Below are positions 1-9,623 of a stretch of DNA of 64,000 bases, piece after piece. The notes beneath the pieces were generated by a model, which made no database searches, had not been told where the DNA came from, and worked only from the letters and a program-made list of their open reading frames with translations. The stretch is taken from NCBI GenBank assembly GCA_005799065.1, contig SYHW01000037.1, forward strand, positions 18,575 to 82,574, written 5' to 3'. Positions within the stretch are counted from its first letter, which is position 1. Every line of letters starts with the position of its first letter. The stretch comes from Bacteroidota bacterium. Its GTDB lineage: Bacteria; Bacteroidota; Bacteroidia; UBA7662. A program made the translations under genes and the position numbers.

Positions 1-26
1 GGTGCGATCAGGCGATTTACATTGGG

Positions 27-1292
27 ATGCAAACCGCCGCTGGGAATGGGAGAGCTGCCGCGACAACCTCTAATCTTGATCACAAACGGATAAGAATGGA
101 TGAAAGGGAACAAGGCATTCGGCTGAATGGTCGATTTTACCCAGCGGAGGCATTCATGCGCTTTGATGTGGGGGGGCATGGCCATGCCCATCCCAGCGCT
201 GAACCGGGTGCGGCCGTACCCGATTTCCAGGCCGATGGCATTCCAGAAGCCGTGGTTGAATTCCTGTGCCAATGGTGGTCGTCGCGTACCTACATTTTGG
301 CGCATACATCGGGCAGTACAGGTCGCCCGCGTTCCATCCGCTTGTCGCGCGATCGGATGCGTGCATCGGCTCAATTAACGGCCGATTTCTTCCATTTTCG
401 TCAGGGAATGCCGGCCTTATTGGCGCTCGATGCGCGGCACATCGCCGGTAAAATGATGCTGGTTCGGGCCCTTTGGAGTCGACTCGACCTGTGGGTAACA
501 CCCCCTACATCACGTCCGGATTTGGTATACCCGGGTATGAGGTTTGCGTTTTGTCCGCTTGTACCTACGCAACTGTGGCGGATGCTCGAAGCAAACGGCG
601 ATGTGATACGGCTTGGCACCCTCTTGTTAGGGGCCGCACCAATTTCTGCGGATCGAATTATCGCGTTGGAAAGCCTGAAGCAGGAGGTTTTTCAAGGATT
701 TGGGATGACAGAAACCTGCAGCCATATGGCGCTCCGGCAACTCAATCCGCAGGGCGACGGAATATACCGGGCTTTACCCGGTGTGAATTGGCGCGTAGAT
801 CAAGAGGGATGTCTGTTGTTGCGTGGGGCGGCTACGGCCAATCGGTGGATACATACCCATGATAGGGTTCAGCTGGATGGCGACGGATTTCGATGGCTCG
901 GGCGTGCCGATTGGGTGATTAATGTCGGTGGGCTGAAGGTGCATCCGGAGCAGGTGGAGGAGCGGTTGAACATTCTGCGATTGAACATGCCCGAGCTGCA
1001 TTCACTTCTGACGGGTGATTTTGTAGTATTGGGTCGGAGCGATCCCCACAAAGGCCAGGTTCCGATCTGTGTGGTGGAGGATCCTTCCATAATTCCCAAC
1101 ACGCCAAATCCCTATGCAGGGGCAGTTGACACCCGATTTTCCCCCGACTGCCTAAAACCGCACTTGAAAGCGGAGGAGATTCCCCGGATTATGCTGCGCA
1201 TCCCCCAGTTTCCCAGGTCATCGATGGGCAAAATCCTGCGTGGTGCGCTTTATCAGAAATTCCCCCTGTTTTTTGAAACGATTTGTGGATAA
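27..1292 (+). CDS. AMP-dependent synthetase/ligase, O-succinylbenzoate-CoA ligase (MenE)-like
   Basis: Adenylate-forming enzyme motifs: HTSGSTGRPRS, GFGMTETCS, WLGRADWVINVGGLKVHPEQVE, and a C-terminal GKILR lysine. The frame stays open to base 3, so the start is uncertain (ATG 27, ATG 96, or upstream of the window). Confidence 0.7.
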   Translation: MQTAAGNGRAAATTSNLDHKRIRMDEREQGIRLNGRFYPAEAFMRFDVGGHGHAHPSAEPGAAVPDFQADGIPEAVVEFLCQWWSSRTYILAHTSGSTGRPRSIRLSRDRMRASAQLTADFFHFRQGMPALLALDARHIAGKMMLVRALWSRLDLWVTPPTSRPDLVYPGMRFAFCPLVPTQLWRMLEANGDVIRLGTLLLGAAPISADRIIALESLKQEVFQGFGMTETCSHMALRQLNPQGDGIYRALPGVNWRVDQEGCLLLRGAATANRWIHTHDRVQLDGDGFRWLGRADWVINVGGLKVHPEQVEERLNILRLNMPELHSLLTGDFVVLGRSDPHKGQVPICVVEDPSIIPNTPNPYAGAVDTRFSPDCLKPHLKAEEIPRIMLRIPQFPRSSMGKILRGALYQKFPLFFETICG

Positions 1293-1332
1293 ATAATCAC
1301 CCTATGCGAATGGCTTAGGGGTATTGACCTGC

Positions 1333-1340
1333 TATTTTTG
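1333..1340 (+). promoter_or_regulatory. Candidate Bacteroidota -7 box (TATTTTTG, matches TAnnTTTG) upstream of dnaE
   Basis: Exact TAnnTTTG match. It overlaps the TTG at 1338 used by the ORF track, which would favour the in-frame GTG at 1359 as the true dnaE start. Confidence 0.3.
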
Positions 1341-4300
1341 GGATCCAATCATGCGGCTGTGTACCTGATTTTTGATACCGAAACGACGGGTCTCCCCCGG
1401 AGGCACGAGGCGCCTGCCTCCGATACCGACAACTGGCCACGCATGGTGCAATTGGCTTGGCAGCTTCACGACGAGCGGGGTACGCTCATGGATGTTTACA
1501 GCGCGTTGGTGCGTCCGGAGGGTTTCACTATTCCTTACAATGCCGAGCAGGTTCATCGAATCTCTACGCAAAGGGCGTTGGATGAAGGCTTGCCGCTCGA
1601 TGATGTCTTGGAACGTTTCGCCGAGGCAGTCGAACGGTGTCGGTTTATTGCGGGGCACAATCTTTTGTTTGACGTTCGGGTTGTGGAGGCCGAGTGCATT
1701 CGCCGCGGCAGGGCGTGTAGTTTATCCTCCAGAACCTTGCTCGACACGAAGGAATGTTCGACCCAGTTCTGTGCTTTGCCGGGGGGTAAGGGCGGTCGTT
1801 TTAAATGGCCAAGTCTCACCGAATTGCATAAAAAACTCTTCGGCATCGGATTTGATGAAGCACACGACGCCGCGGTCGATGTGGAAGCCACAGCGCGCTG
1901 TTTTTTAGAACTCATTCGTCTCGGTGTGATTCCTGCCGAGCTGGCAGGCCTTGATGAGGCGGGTTACCAGGATTTTTTAGCGGCTCACCCACAGGTCGTG
2001 CAGGCCATAGGACTCAAATCTCCCGCTGCACGCTCCGAAAACCCCGCTGCACGCTCCGAAAACCCCGCTGCACGCTCCGAAAACCCCGAGCCCAAAGGAA
2101 TTTTTGCTTCGGATCCATCGCCGGGGGAAGCCCCGCTGAGCGAACCCCCGCTTGCGCCCTCGGGCACAGAAAAGGACAGCGCTCCCGTGGTAGCCTTCGT
2201 GCATCTACACTGCCACAGCCACTATTCCCTTTTGCCCGGTACGTCTACAGTCGATGATTTGGCTCGATTCGCTGCCGAGCAAGGCAGTCCGGCCATTGCC
2301 CTCACCGATCATGGAAATATGTACGGCGCTTTTGCCTTTTCGGAAGCTTGTAGAAAGGCTGGGGTGAAGGCTATATTGGGTTTGGAGGCCTATTTATGCC
2401 GCGATCATAGCGATCACCGAACGCGCGATCATGGATTCCATCAGGTTTTATTGGCCCGAAATGAGGAGGGCTACCACAACCTCATTCGTTTGTCGTCGGC
2501 CGCCTTCCTCAACGGATTCTATTATGTTCCACGCATCGACAAATCACTACTTCTCAAACACAGGAACGGCTTGATTGCGTTGTCGGGCGGCACAACCGGA
2601 GAAATTGCCGCCACTTTATTGAATGTGGGCGAGCAGCAGGCGGAGGATGCGTTTCGTTGGTGGCATGAACATTTTGGCGACGACTTTTATGTATCGCTGC
2701 AACGACATGGCCTCCCGGAGGAGGAATACGCCGAGCCTTTTTTGCTGAAATGGGCGGCAAAATATGGGGTAAGGGTGTTGGCGAGCAACAATAGCTACTA
2801 CAACAGCCAGGCGGATGCAGATACCCACGACACCCTTTGGTGCATCAATGAAAAGGAACTCAAACAAACTCCGGTTGGGCGTGGACGAGGATTTCGCCCT
2901 GGTTTTTCGACGGACACCTATTACCTTAGGAGTAGAGAGGAAATGGCGGAATTGTTTGCCGATTTGCCTATAGCTTGTGCGGAAACGCTCGCCCTATCGG
3001 AACGCTGCGAGAACTACACGCTTCGGCGCGATGTTTTGCTTCCCAGCTTCGATTTGCCGATCGGATTTGCAGACCAGGACGAATACCTCCGGCACCTGAC
3101 CTACGAAGGAGCGCGTAAATTGTATCCTGAAATCACCGATGAATTAAGAGAGCGAATCGATTTTGAATTGGAGATTATTCGTAAGACGGGATATCCGGGC
3201 TATTTTTTAATTGTGCAAGATTTCACGGCCCGGGCCCGGGAGATGGGTGTTCGGGTAGGTCCCGGACGCGGATCTGCGGCAGGGTCTGTGGTAGCTTATT
3301 GCACCGGCATCACCCAAGTCGATCCCCTGGCATACGATCTACTCTTCGAGCGATTTTTGAATCCCGATCGCGTGAGCTTGCCCGATATAGACATTGATTT
3401 CGACGATCGTGGACGCGCCCGGGTGATGCAATATGTAGTCGACAAATACGGGCCGGAGCAAGTTGCACAGATCATCACCTACGGCACCATGGCCGCCAAA
3501 TCGGCGATTCGCGATGCTTCGCGGGTTTTGGAATTACCATTGTCAGATGCTGATCGCCTCGCTAAGTCATTTCCCGATGAATTATCGCGCCACGATGCAT
3601 TTAAAAAAGCCCCTCTCGGATCCCTGATTTTCAAACCCGAACTGCTAAAGAAGCACAAGAGCGACTTCCCCGCCGATCGGTTGGCTATGGCGGAAACACT
3701 GCAGGAGGCCTCCGGGGGCGATAGCTTGACCGCGCGGGTATTGCGCCAGGCTGCCCGTTTGGAAGGTTCAGTTCGGTCGACAGGAACGCATGCATGTGGT
3801 GTTATTATTTCCCCTAAGCCACTCACGGAGTTGGTTCCCGTGAAATCAACCGATGACTCGGGCATTCGTTTGGTGATTCAATTTGACAATGATGTGGCCG
3901 AGCCGGCAGGCCTACTCAAAATGGACTTTTTGGGATTGAGTACGCTCACCATCCTCAACGATGCACTCGAAATCATCCAGCAAAGGCATGGGAAACGGAT
4001 TGAAATTGAGCAGATACCGCTCGACGATGCGGCGACCTATGCATTGTTTCAGCGGGGCGATACGGTGGGTATTTTCCAATATGAAAGTGTGGGCATGCAG
4101 CGTTACCTGCGTGAATTGAAGCCCGACCGTTTCGATGATTTGATCGCTATGAATGCACTTTTTCGTCCGGGTCCGCTGCAGTATATTCCTAACTACATCA
4201 AGCGGAAGCACGGTCAAGAGGCCATAACCTACGATTTACCCGCTATGGAGCCTTACCTCAAGAGCACATACGGGATTACGGTCTATCAAGAGCAGGTCAT

Positions 4301-5732
4301 GTTGCTGTCGCAGGAACTGGCTGGGTTCAGCAAAGGACAGGCGGATGAGTTGCGCAAGGCTATGGGCAAGAAAATCCGGGAGAAACTGGATAAACTTAAA
4401 CCCATGTTTCTCGAAGGCTGTGCGATCCGTAATCAACCTGTCGAAAAAGCCAACAAAATTTGGGCGGATTGGGAGAAGTTTGCCGAGTATGCCTTCAATA
4501 AGTCACATTCCACTTGTTATGCCCTCATCGGATACCAAACGGCATGGCTCAAAACCCATTATCCTGCCGAGTACATGGCGGCCGTATTAAGTAATAACCT
4601 CAATGATATCAGCAAGGTCGCATTCTTTATGGAGGAATGCAGGCGGATGGGCTTGGCGGTTTTGGGACCCGACGTCAATGAATCGGCCTACAGGTTTACG
4701 GTCAATGCGGCAGGGCAAATACGTTTCGGCTTGGGTGGGGTAAAGAATGTAGGTGAGGCTGCTGTCGATGCCCTCGTGGCCGAACGCCGAAATAATGGGA
4801 TGTTCCGTTCGATTTTTGACCTGTGCAAGCGAATGGATGGTCGGGCCCTGAACCGGAAATTCCTGGAATCTCTGGCGCTTGCTGGGGCCTTTGATCGTTT
4901 TGAAGGGGTGAATGGCAACCGGAGGGTCTTTTTTGAAGACGAACGAGAGGCGGAAGGACTCCTGGAACGTGCGGTGAAATTCGGTCAAAAATTCCAGCAG
5001 AGTCGTTTGCAAATGCAGGGATCCTTATTTGGCGATGAAGTAATGAACGACATTCAGGAACCTTCATTGGGCCAAGTGTCGCCGTGGGCGGTCATGGAAC
5101 AATTGCAACGTGAGAAGGAAGTTGTTGGAATCTTTTTAACCGCGCATCCTCTTGATGCATTTGCCCTGGAGTTGTCTCATTTTTGTAATGTTAGCCTCAA
5201 GGATCTCGAAGAACAGCCTGAACGTGAATTGGCCTTCGGTATGCTCGTTACCGAGGTGCAGTATTTTACCGATAGCCGCAGTCAAAGCGACAGCATCGCT
5301 TTTACAGGGGAAGACTACCAATCAGTGCGTAAGTTTCGGATCCGAGGTGAACAGGCACTGAAATACAAGCATATGATCCAGACGGGGCAGAGCCTGCTTT
5401 GCCGCGGTCGCTTCGAGGCATTTGAGGGCAGAGATGGCGGGAAGGTGAGCTTTTTTCGGTTCCACAGCATTGAATTATTGTCGGATGCGCGGGGCAAGCG
5501 TTTCCGAGAATTGATGCTGAACCTAGAAGCCGCTCAAGTAACCGATGAATTAACCGATGGTCTTTTTACTTTATTGAATGCTCATCCTGGTCCGGTTACG
5601 CTCCGTGTACGCCTTTCCGAGCCCGGTGAACACATTCAGGTAGAGTTGAGTGCGCGCAATGGGGGTGTTGAGCCGGGCAACACCCTGCTTGAAGGGCTGA
5701 AAGACCTGGGCGTTTCCTATGAACTAAGGTAG
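1338..5732 (+). CDS. dnaE: DNA polymerase III alpha subunit (DnaE) with fused N-terminal DEDDh 3'-5' exonuclease (DnaQ/epsilon-like) domain
   Basis: The first ~200 aa carry ExoI IFDTETTGL, ExoII GHNLLFDVRVV and ExoIII HDAAVDVEATA. A P/A/S/E-rich linker follows, then the PHP start FVHLHCHSHYSLL and a full-length Pol III alpha core (1464 aa in total). The start could be GTG 1359 instead of TTG 1338. Confidence 0.9.
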   Translation: MGSNHAAVYLIFDTETTGLPRRHEAPASDTDNWPRMVQLAWQLHDERGTLMDVYSALVRPEGFTIPYNAEQVHRISTQRALDEGLPLDDVLERFAEAVERCRFIAGHNLLFDVRVVEAECIRRGRACSLSSRTLLDTKECSTQFCALPGGKGGRFKWPSLTELHKKLFGIGFDEAHDAAVDVEATARCFLELIRLGVIPAELAGLDEAGYQDFLAAHPQVVQAIGLKSPAARSENPAARSENPAARSENPEPKGIFASDPSPGEAPLSEPPLAPSGTEKDSAPVVAFVHLHCHSHYSLLPGTSTVDDLARFAAEQGSPAIALTDHGNMYGAFAFSEACRKAGVKAILGLEAYLCRDHSDHRTRDHGFHQVLLARNEEGYHNLIRLSSAAFLNGFYYVPRIDKSLLLKHRNGLIALSGGTTGEIAATLLNVGEQQAEDAFRWWHEHFGDDFYVSLQRHGLPEEEYAEPFLLKWAAKYGVRVLASNNSYYNSQADADTHDTLWCINEKELKQTPVGRGRGFRPGFSTDTYYLRSREEMAELFADLPIACAETLALSERCENYTLRRDVLLPSFDLPIGFADQDEYLRHLTYEGARKLYPEITDELRERIDFELEIIRKTGYPGYFLIVQDFTARAREMGVRVGPGRGSAAGSVVAYCTGITQVDPLAYDLLFERFLNPDRVSLPDIDIDFDDRGRARVMQYVVDKYGPEQVAQIITYGTMAAKSAIRDASRVLELPLSDADRLAKSFPDELSRHDAFKKAPLGSLIFKPELLKKHKSDFPADRLAMAETLQEASGGDSLTARVLRQAARLEGSVRSTGTHACGVIISPKPLTELVPVKSTDDSGIRLVIQFDNDVAEPAGLLKMDFLGLSTLTILNDALEIIQQRHGKRIEIEQIPLDDAATYALFQRGDTVGIFQYESVGMQRYLRELKPDRFDDLIAMNALFRPGPLQYIPNYIKRKHGQEAITYDLPAMEPYLKSTYGITVYQEQVMLLSQELAGFSKGQADELRKAMGKKIREKLDKLKPMFLEGCAIRNQPVEKANKIWADWEKFAEYAFNKSHSTCYALIGYQTAWLKTHYPAEYMAAVLSNNLNDISKVAFFMEECRRMGLAVLGPDVNESAYRFTVNAAGQIRFGLGGVKNVGEAAVDALVAERRNNGMFRSIFDLCKRMDGRALNRKFLESLALAGAFDRFEGVNGNRRVFFEDEREAEGLLERAVKFGQKFQQSRLQMQGSLFGDEVMNDIQEPSLGQVSPWAVMEQLQREKEVVGIFLTAHPLDAFALELSHFCNVSLKDLEEQPERELAFGMLVTEVQYFTDSRSQSDSIAFTGEDYQSVRKFRIRGEQALKYKHMIQTGQSLLCRGRFEAFEGRDGGKVSFFRFHSIELLSDARGKRFRELMLNLEAAQVTDELTDGLFTLLNAHPGPVTLRVRLSEPGEHIQVELSARNGGVEPGNTLLEGLKDLGVSYELR
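2022..2084 (+). repeat. Perfect 21-bp x3 tandem repeat (cccgctgcacgctccgaaaac) inside the dnaE linker
   Basis: Three identical in-frame units read directly from the sequence. They encode PAARSEN x3 between the exonuclease and PHP domains. Confidence 0.95.
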
Positions 5733-5885
5733 CTTGGTTGCTTAGGTAGCGGCAAATGGGCGCCTTAGCCGGTTCTGTTGGGGGTTGAGCTTTGCGTTTT
5801 TTTTCCGAATTTTGTAGTTTGTTGCGCAGTGTAGTGTGCATACTGATATTTTAGAATAACAAATAATAATACTTAAATTTTAATT

Positions 5886-6206
5886 ATGGCTATTGAAATC
5901 ACGGATGCCAATTTTGATGAGGTCGTTATCGGCAGCGACAAACCTGTATTGGTCGACTTTTGGGCAGTCTGGTGCGGTCCTTGCCGTATGGTTGGGCCGG
6001 TCGTGGAGGAATTGTCGAACGATTTCGCCGGTCGCGCCGTAGTAGGAAAGGTCGATGTCGACGCGAATCCGGGTATTTCGATGCGATTTGGCATCCGCAA
6101 TATCCCCACTTTGTTGTTTTTTCAAAATGGTGAGGTGGTCGATAAGCACGTCGGTGCAGCACCCAAACACGTTCTAAAAGATAAGCTTGAGGCGAGACTG
6201 TCCTGA
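5886..6206 (+). CDS. trxA: Thioredoxin
   Basis: 106 aa with the WCGPC active site (FWAVWCGPCRM) and typical thioredoxin length and layout. Confidence 0.95.
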   Translation: MAIEITDANFDEVVIGSDKPVLVDFWAVWCGPCRMVGPVVEELSNDFAGRAVVGKVDVDANPGISMRFGIRNIPTLLFFQNGEVVDKHVGAAPKHVLKDKLEARLS

Positions 6207-6233
6207 ATATAGGTCAGCGTTTCAACGTATTGG

Positions 6234-6824
6234 ATGGTTTTTATGTTGGGACTCAAACTACCTACCGACCCGCGTTGGGCCAATATTGCTGAGAAGAGTA
6301 TTGGTGAAATCCTCATCGATCACGCTTTTTGCGAACAAAAGGCAGCGAGTACGTGCATTTCGCTGATTGTTCAGTATGCCGACCGTCCTGAGTTGGTTCA
6401 GGCCCTATCGCCCATCGTGGCTGAGGAATGGGGACACTTCCGCAAAGTGCTCAAAGAAATGGATGCGCGGGGCATCAAACTCGACAAGAAAAGGCGCGAC
6501 GATTATGTACATGGTCTTCTGGCATTTCAACGGAAGGGCGTTGGTGAAGAACGTGTTCTGCTGGAGAAACTATTGACCTGTGCGCTCATTGAAGCGCGTT
6601 CATGCGAGCGCTTCCGATTATTGTCGCTCGAATGCAGCGAGCCCGCCCTGCGGAGTTTCTACCATGAATTTATGGTGAGTGAAGCAGGTCATTATCGACT
6701 TTTTATGGATTTGGCTGAGCGTTATCTCCCGCGCGAAGAAGTCCGAACCCGGTGGCAAGAATACCTCGATTATGAGGCTGAGCTTTTAGCGGGCATGGAA
6801 TTTCGGGGCGATCGGGTTCATTAA
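6234..6824 (+). CDS. miaE: tRNA-(ms2io6A37)-hydroxylase MiaE (ferritin-like di-iron)
   Basis: N-terminal LKLPTDPRW...DHAFCEQKAA, plus EEWGHF and SEAGHY (ExxH) di-iron motifs in a ~195-aa protein. The start may be ATG 6243. Confidence 0.75.
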   Translation: MVFMLGLKLPTDPRWANIAEKSIGEILIDHAFCEQKAASTCISLIVQYADRPELVQALSPIVAEEWGHFRKVLKEMDARGIKLDKKRRDDYVHGLLAFQRKGVGEERVLLEKLLTCALIEARSCERFRLLSLECSEPALRSFYHEFMVSEAGHYRLFMDLAERYLPREEVRTRWQEYLDYEAELLAGMEFRGDRVH

Positions 6825-6830
6825 ATAGCC

Positions 6831-7367
6831 ATGGGAGAGTCAATGGCATTTCATTCTACTGATCGCCGCGAGCGATACCACGAGCTTTGGCCTCAGCTCT
6901 ATGCCCTCACTTGTCAAGAATCCGATTTGATCGCCAACATGGCCAATGCGGCAGCGGCCCTGCGGCAAACATTCGGTTTTTTTTGGGTGGGGTTTTACCT
7001 GGTTCGTGGGCAAGAACTCGTTTTAGGACCGTTTCAAGGCCCGGTTGCTTGCACCCGCATCGCCCATGGTCGTGGTGTATGTGGAACGGCATGGGCCGAG
7101 CGGCGGTCCATCTGCGTGGAGGATGTGGATCAATTTCCCGGGCATATCGCCTGCAGCAGCGAGAGCCGGAGTGAGGTGGTTGTTCCCATCTGCGTAGATG
7201 GCTCGGTGGTTGCGGTCCTTGACATCGACAGCGATCGACTTTCGGATTTCGACGCGGTTGATGTAGAGGAGTTACAGCATTTTGCAACAATGGCGTCTGG
7301 TTGGTTCTCAACAGAAGAACACAATCATGAAGTGCACCCGAATTTAGTGAACCGATTGCCATGCTGA
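6831..7367 (+). CDS. msrC: GAF-domain free methionine-(R)-sulfoxide reductase-like protein
   Basis: GFYLVRGQELVLGPFQGPVACTRIAHGRGVCGTAW...FPGHIACSSESRSEVVVPI matches the fRMsr/YebR GAF family pattern, including the conserved Cys residues. Confidence 0.75.
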   Translation: MGESMAFHSTDRRERYHELWPQLYALTCQESDLIANMANAAAALRQTFGFFWVGFYLVRGQELVLGPFQGPVACTRIAHGRGVCGTAWAERRSICVEDVDQFPGHIACSSESRSEVVVPICVDGSVVAVLDIDSDRLSDFDAVDVEELQHFATMASGWFSTEEHNHEVHPNLVNRLPC

Positions 7368-8557
7368 CCCAAAGGCAGCTGTTTTTACGGCACCTTGCCC
7401 AAACCAGCGATGCCCCCCTGGGGATTGAAGCCGTGCGTGCCGAGGGCAGCTGCATTTGGGATGCATCGGGAAGGCGCTACATTGACCTGATTTCAGGCAT
7501 CGGTGTAAGCAATGTGGGCCACCGGCACCCAGAAGTTTGCAGAGCCATTCATGAACAAGTCGATCGCTACATGCACCTGATGGTGTATGGCGAGTACATT
7601 CAATATCCTCAGGTGCAGCTTGCCACAAGGCTCACACAGCGCCTTCCGCCATCCCTGAACCAGGTTTATCTCACCAACAGCGGTACAGAGGCCATTGAAG
7701 GCGCCCTCAAGCTGGCCAAGAAATACACAGGGCGTGCCGGCCTTGTGTCGTTTCGCAACGCCTACCATGGCAGTACGCAGGGCGCGCTCAGCATCATGGG
7801 GCACGACCGCTATCGACAGCCATTCGCCCCCCTAATTCCTGGAAACAGGGTGATTCCCTACAACCACAGCGATAGTCTGGGGTATATCGATACCCAGACT
7901 GCAGCCGTGGTGGTGGAGAGTGTTCAAGGAGAAGCGGGCTATCAAACCCCCTGCACAGCCTGGTTTCAGGCCCTTCGTGCGCGGTGCACGGAAGTTGGTG
8001 CGCTGCTGATCTGTGATGAAATTCAAAGTGGCATCGGACGAACGGGTGATTGGTTTGGATTCAGCAAACATCATGTGGTACCTGATGTGGTGACGCTCGC
8101 CAAAGGATTGGGGGGTGGACTTCCTATTGGAGCATTCGTGGCCAATGAGTATTATATGTCGTGCTTGAAAGAAGATCCTGCTTTAGGGCATATTACCACG
8201 TTCGGAGGTAATCCGGTATGCGCCGCTGCTGCATGCGCGGTTTTGGATGCATTGGAGGCCGAGCAATTGCCTGCCCGCGCTGCTCAATTGGAACCCGAAA
8301 TCCGACAGCGACTGGAGCATCCCTCGGTGTTGCGTATCACCGGCAGGGGATTCATGTTGGGGGTAGACCTGGGCAGTAATGCCCGTTGCCGGGCCGTAAT
8401 TGCCGATTGCCTGCAAAACGGGGTCATTACCGATTGGTTTTTGTTTAATGAACAATCGCTGCGTATTGCACCGCCCCTCAACATTCCCGAGGAATTGCTT
8501 TTCGAAGCCTGCAGCATCATTCGAGGGTGTATAATGCGTAACACTCAATGTGTTTAG
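7361..8557 (+). CDS. Class-III (acetylornithine/ornithine-type) PLP aminotransferase
   Basis: Motifs LTNSGTEAIEGALKLAKKYTGR, DEIQSGIGRTGDWFGF and TLAKGLGGGLPIGA (PLP lysine region). The start overlaps the msrC stop. Confidence 0.85.
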   Translation: MLTQRQLFLRHLAQTSDAPLGIEAVRAEGSCIWDASGRRYIDLISGIGVSNVGHRHPEVCRAIHEQVDRYMHLMVYGEYIQYPQVQLATRLTQRLPPSLNQVYLTNSGTEAIEGALKLAKKYTGRAGLVSFRNAYHGSTQGALSIMGHDRYRQPFAPLIPGNRVIPYNHSDSLGYIDTQTAAVVVESVQGEAGYQTPCTAWFQALRARCTEVGALLICDEIQSGIGRTGDWFGFSKHHVVPDVVTLAKGLGGGLPIGAFVANEYYMSCLKEDPALGHITTFGGNPVCAAAACAVLDALEAEQLPARAAQLEPEIRQRLEHPSVLRITGRGFMLGVDLGSNARCRAVIADCLQNGVITDWFLFNEQSLRIAPPLNIPEELLFEACSIIRGCIMRNTQCV

Positions 8558-8614
8558 GGGTGCTTACTTTCTCGTTTCTTTACATATTGAGTTTAATACT
8601 AAACAATTTAGATA

Positions 8615-9622
8615 ATGAAATTCATTTCTTTTGACGATCAGGGTCGGCCTGCGATTGGCTTGGTTCACGACCAAAAGTCCTATCGGCTGTCGGTGCTGCA
8701 GCCGCATTTGCCCCACGATATGACCGAGTTTTTATCGCTTGGGGAAATGGGCATGCAACAAGCACGCGATGCACATCAACAAATTATTGCGGGTGAATTT
8801 AAGCCTGAAGCACTCATCACCCACGAAATCCAGTTGTTGGCCCCGGTTCCGCGGCCAACATCTTGCCGCGATGGATATGCTTTCCGACAGCACGTGGCCG
8901 CAGCCCGACGAAATCGGGGGGTTGATATGATTGCTGAGTTTGACCAATACCCCATTTTCTACTTCACCAACCACCGATCCGTGCAGGGTCCAGGTGCTAT
9001 ACGCTGTATGCCCGATCATTTTCGTCAACTCGACTTCGAGCTGGAGGTAGCCGTGGTCATAGGAAAGGCAGGGCGTAACATCCGCGCGGCAGAAGCCGAT
9101 CAACATATCGCCGGATACACCATCATGAACGATATGAGTGCCCGAACGCTCCAAATGGAAGAGATGCTCTTGAATCTGGGACCCGCCAAAGGAAAGGACT
9201 TCTCCACGGTTATTGGCCCATGGTTGGTAACACCCGACGAACTTGAGCCGTATCGATGTGCGCCACCGGCCGGGCATACGGGCAGTGCTTTCCGCCTCGA
9301 TATGGTTTGTCGGGTAAATGGAGTGGAGGTCTCGCGGGGCAATATGGGGGATATGGACTGGACGTTTGCCGAGATTATTGAGCGCTGCGCTTATGGGGTA
9401 GACCTTGTGCCGGGCGATGTCATCGGTTCTGGAACCGTTGGAACCGGCTGCTTTTTGGAACTCAACGGTACTGGCAAACGGCTCAATCCGGATGGATTCG
9501 TGCCCCAATGGCTGCAGGAAGGCGATCAGGTCGATCTGGAGGTGACCGGCCTCGGGCTTTTGCGCAACCATATCGAGCGGGAGGGGGATGATTTTTCGAT
9601 TTTGGCTTTAAAAAAGAGCTGA
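8615..9622 (+). CDS. Fumarylacetoacetate hydrolase (FAH) family protein
   Basis: 335 aa with FAH-fold signatures (DFELEVAVVIGK, YTIMNDMSAR, GDVIGSGTVG). Confidence 0.8.
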   Translation: MKFISFDDQGRPAIGLVHDQKSYRLSVLQPHLPHDMTEFLSLGEMGMQQARDAHQQIIAGEFKPEALITHEIQLLAPVPRPTSCRDGYAFRQHVAAARRNRGVDMIAEFDQYPIFYFTNHRSVQGPGAIRCMPDHFRQLDFELEVAVVIGKAGRNIRAAEADQHIAGYTIMNDMSARTLQMEEMLLNLGPAKGKDFSTVIGPWLVTPDELEPYRCAPPAGHTGSAFRLDMVCRVNGVEVSRGNMGDMDWTFAEIIERCAYGVDLVPGDVIGSGTVGTGCFLELNGTGKRLNPDGFVPQWLQEGDQVDLEVTGLGLLRNHIEREGDDFSILALKKS

Positions 9623-9623
9623 G

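Noticed and set aside
8732-9571. 279-aa minus-strand ORF
   Set aside because: It is antisense to the FAH-family gene and has no recognisable domain.
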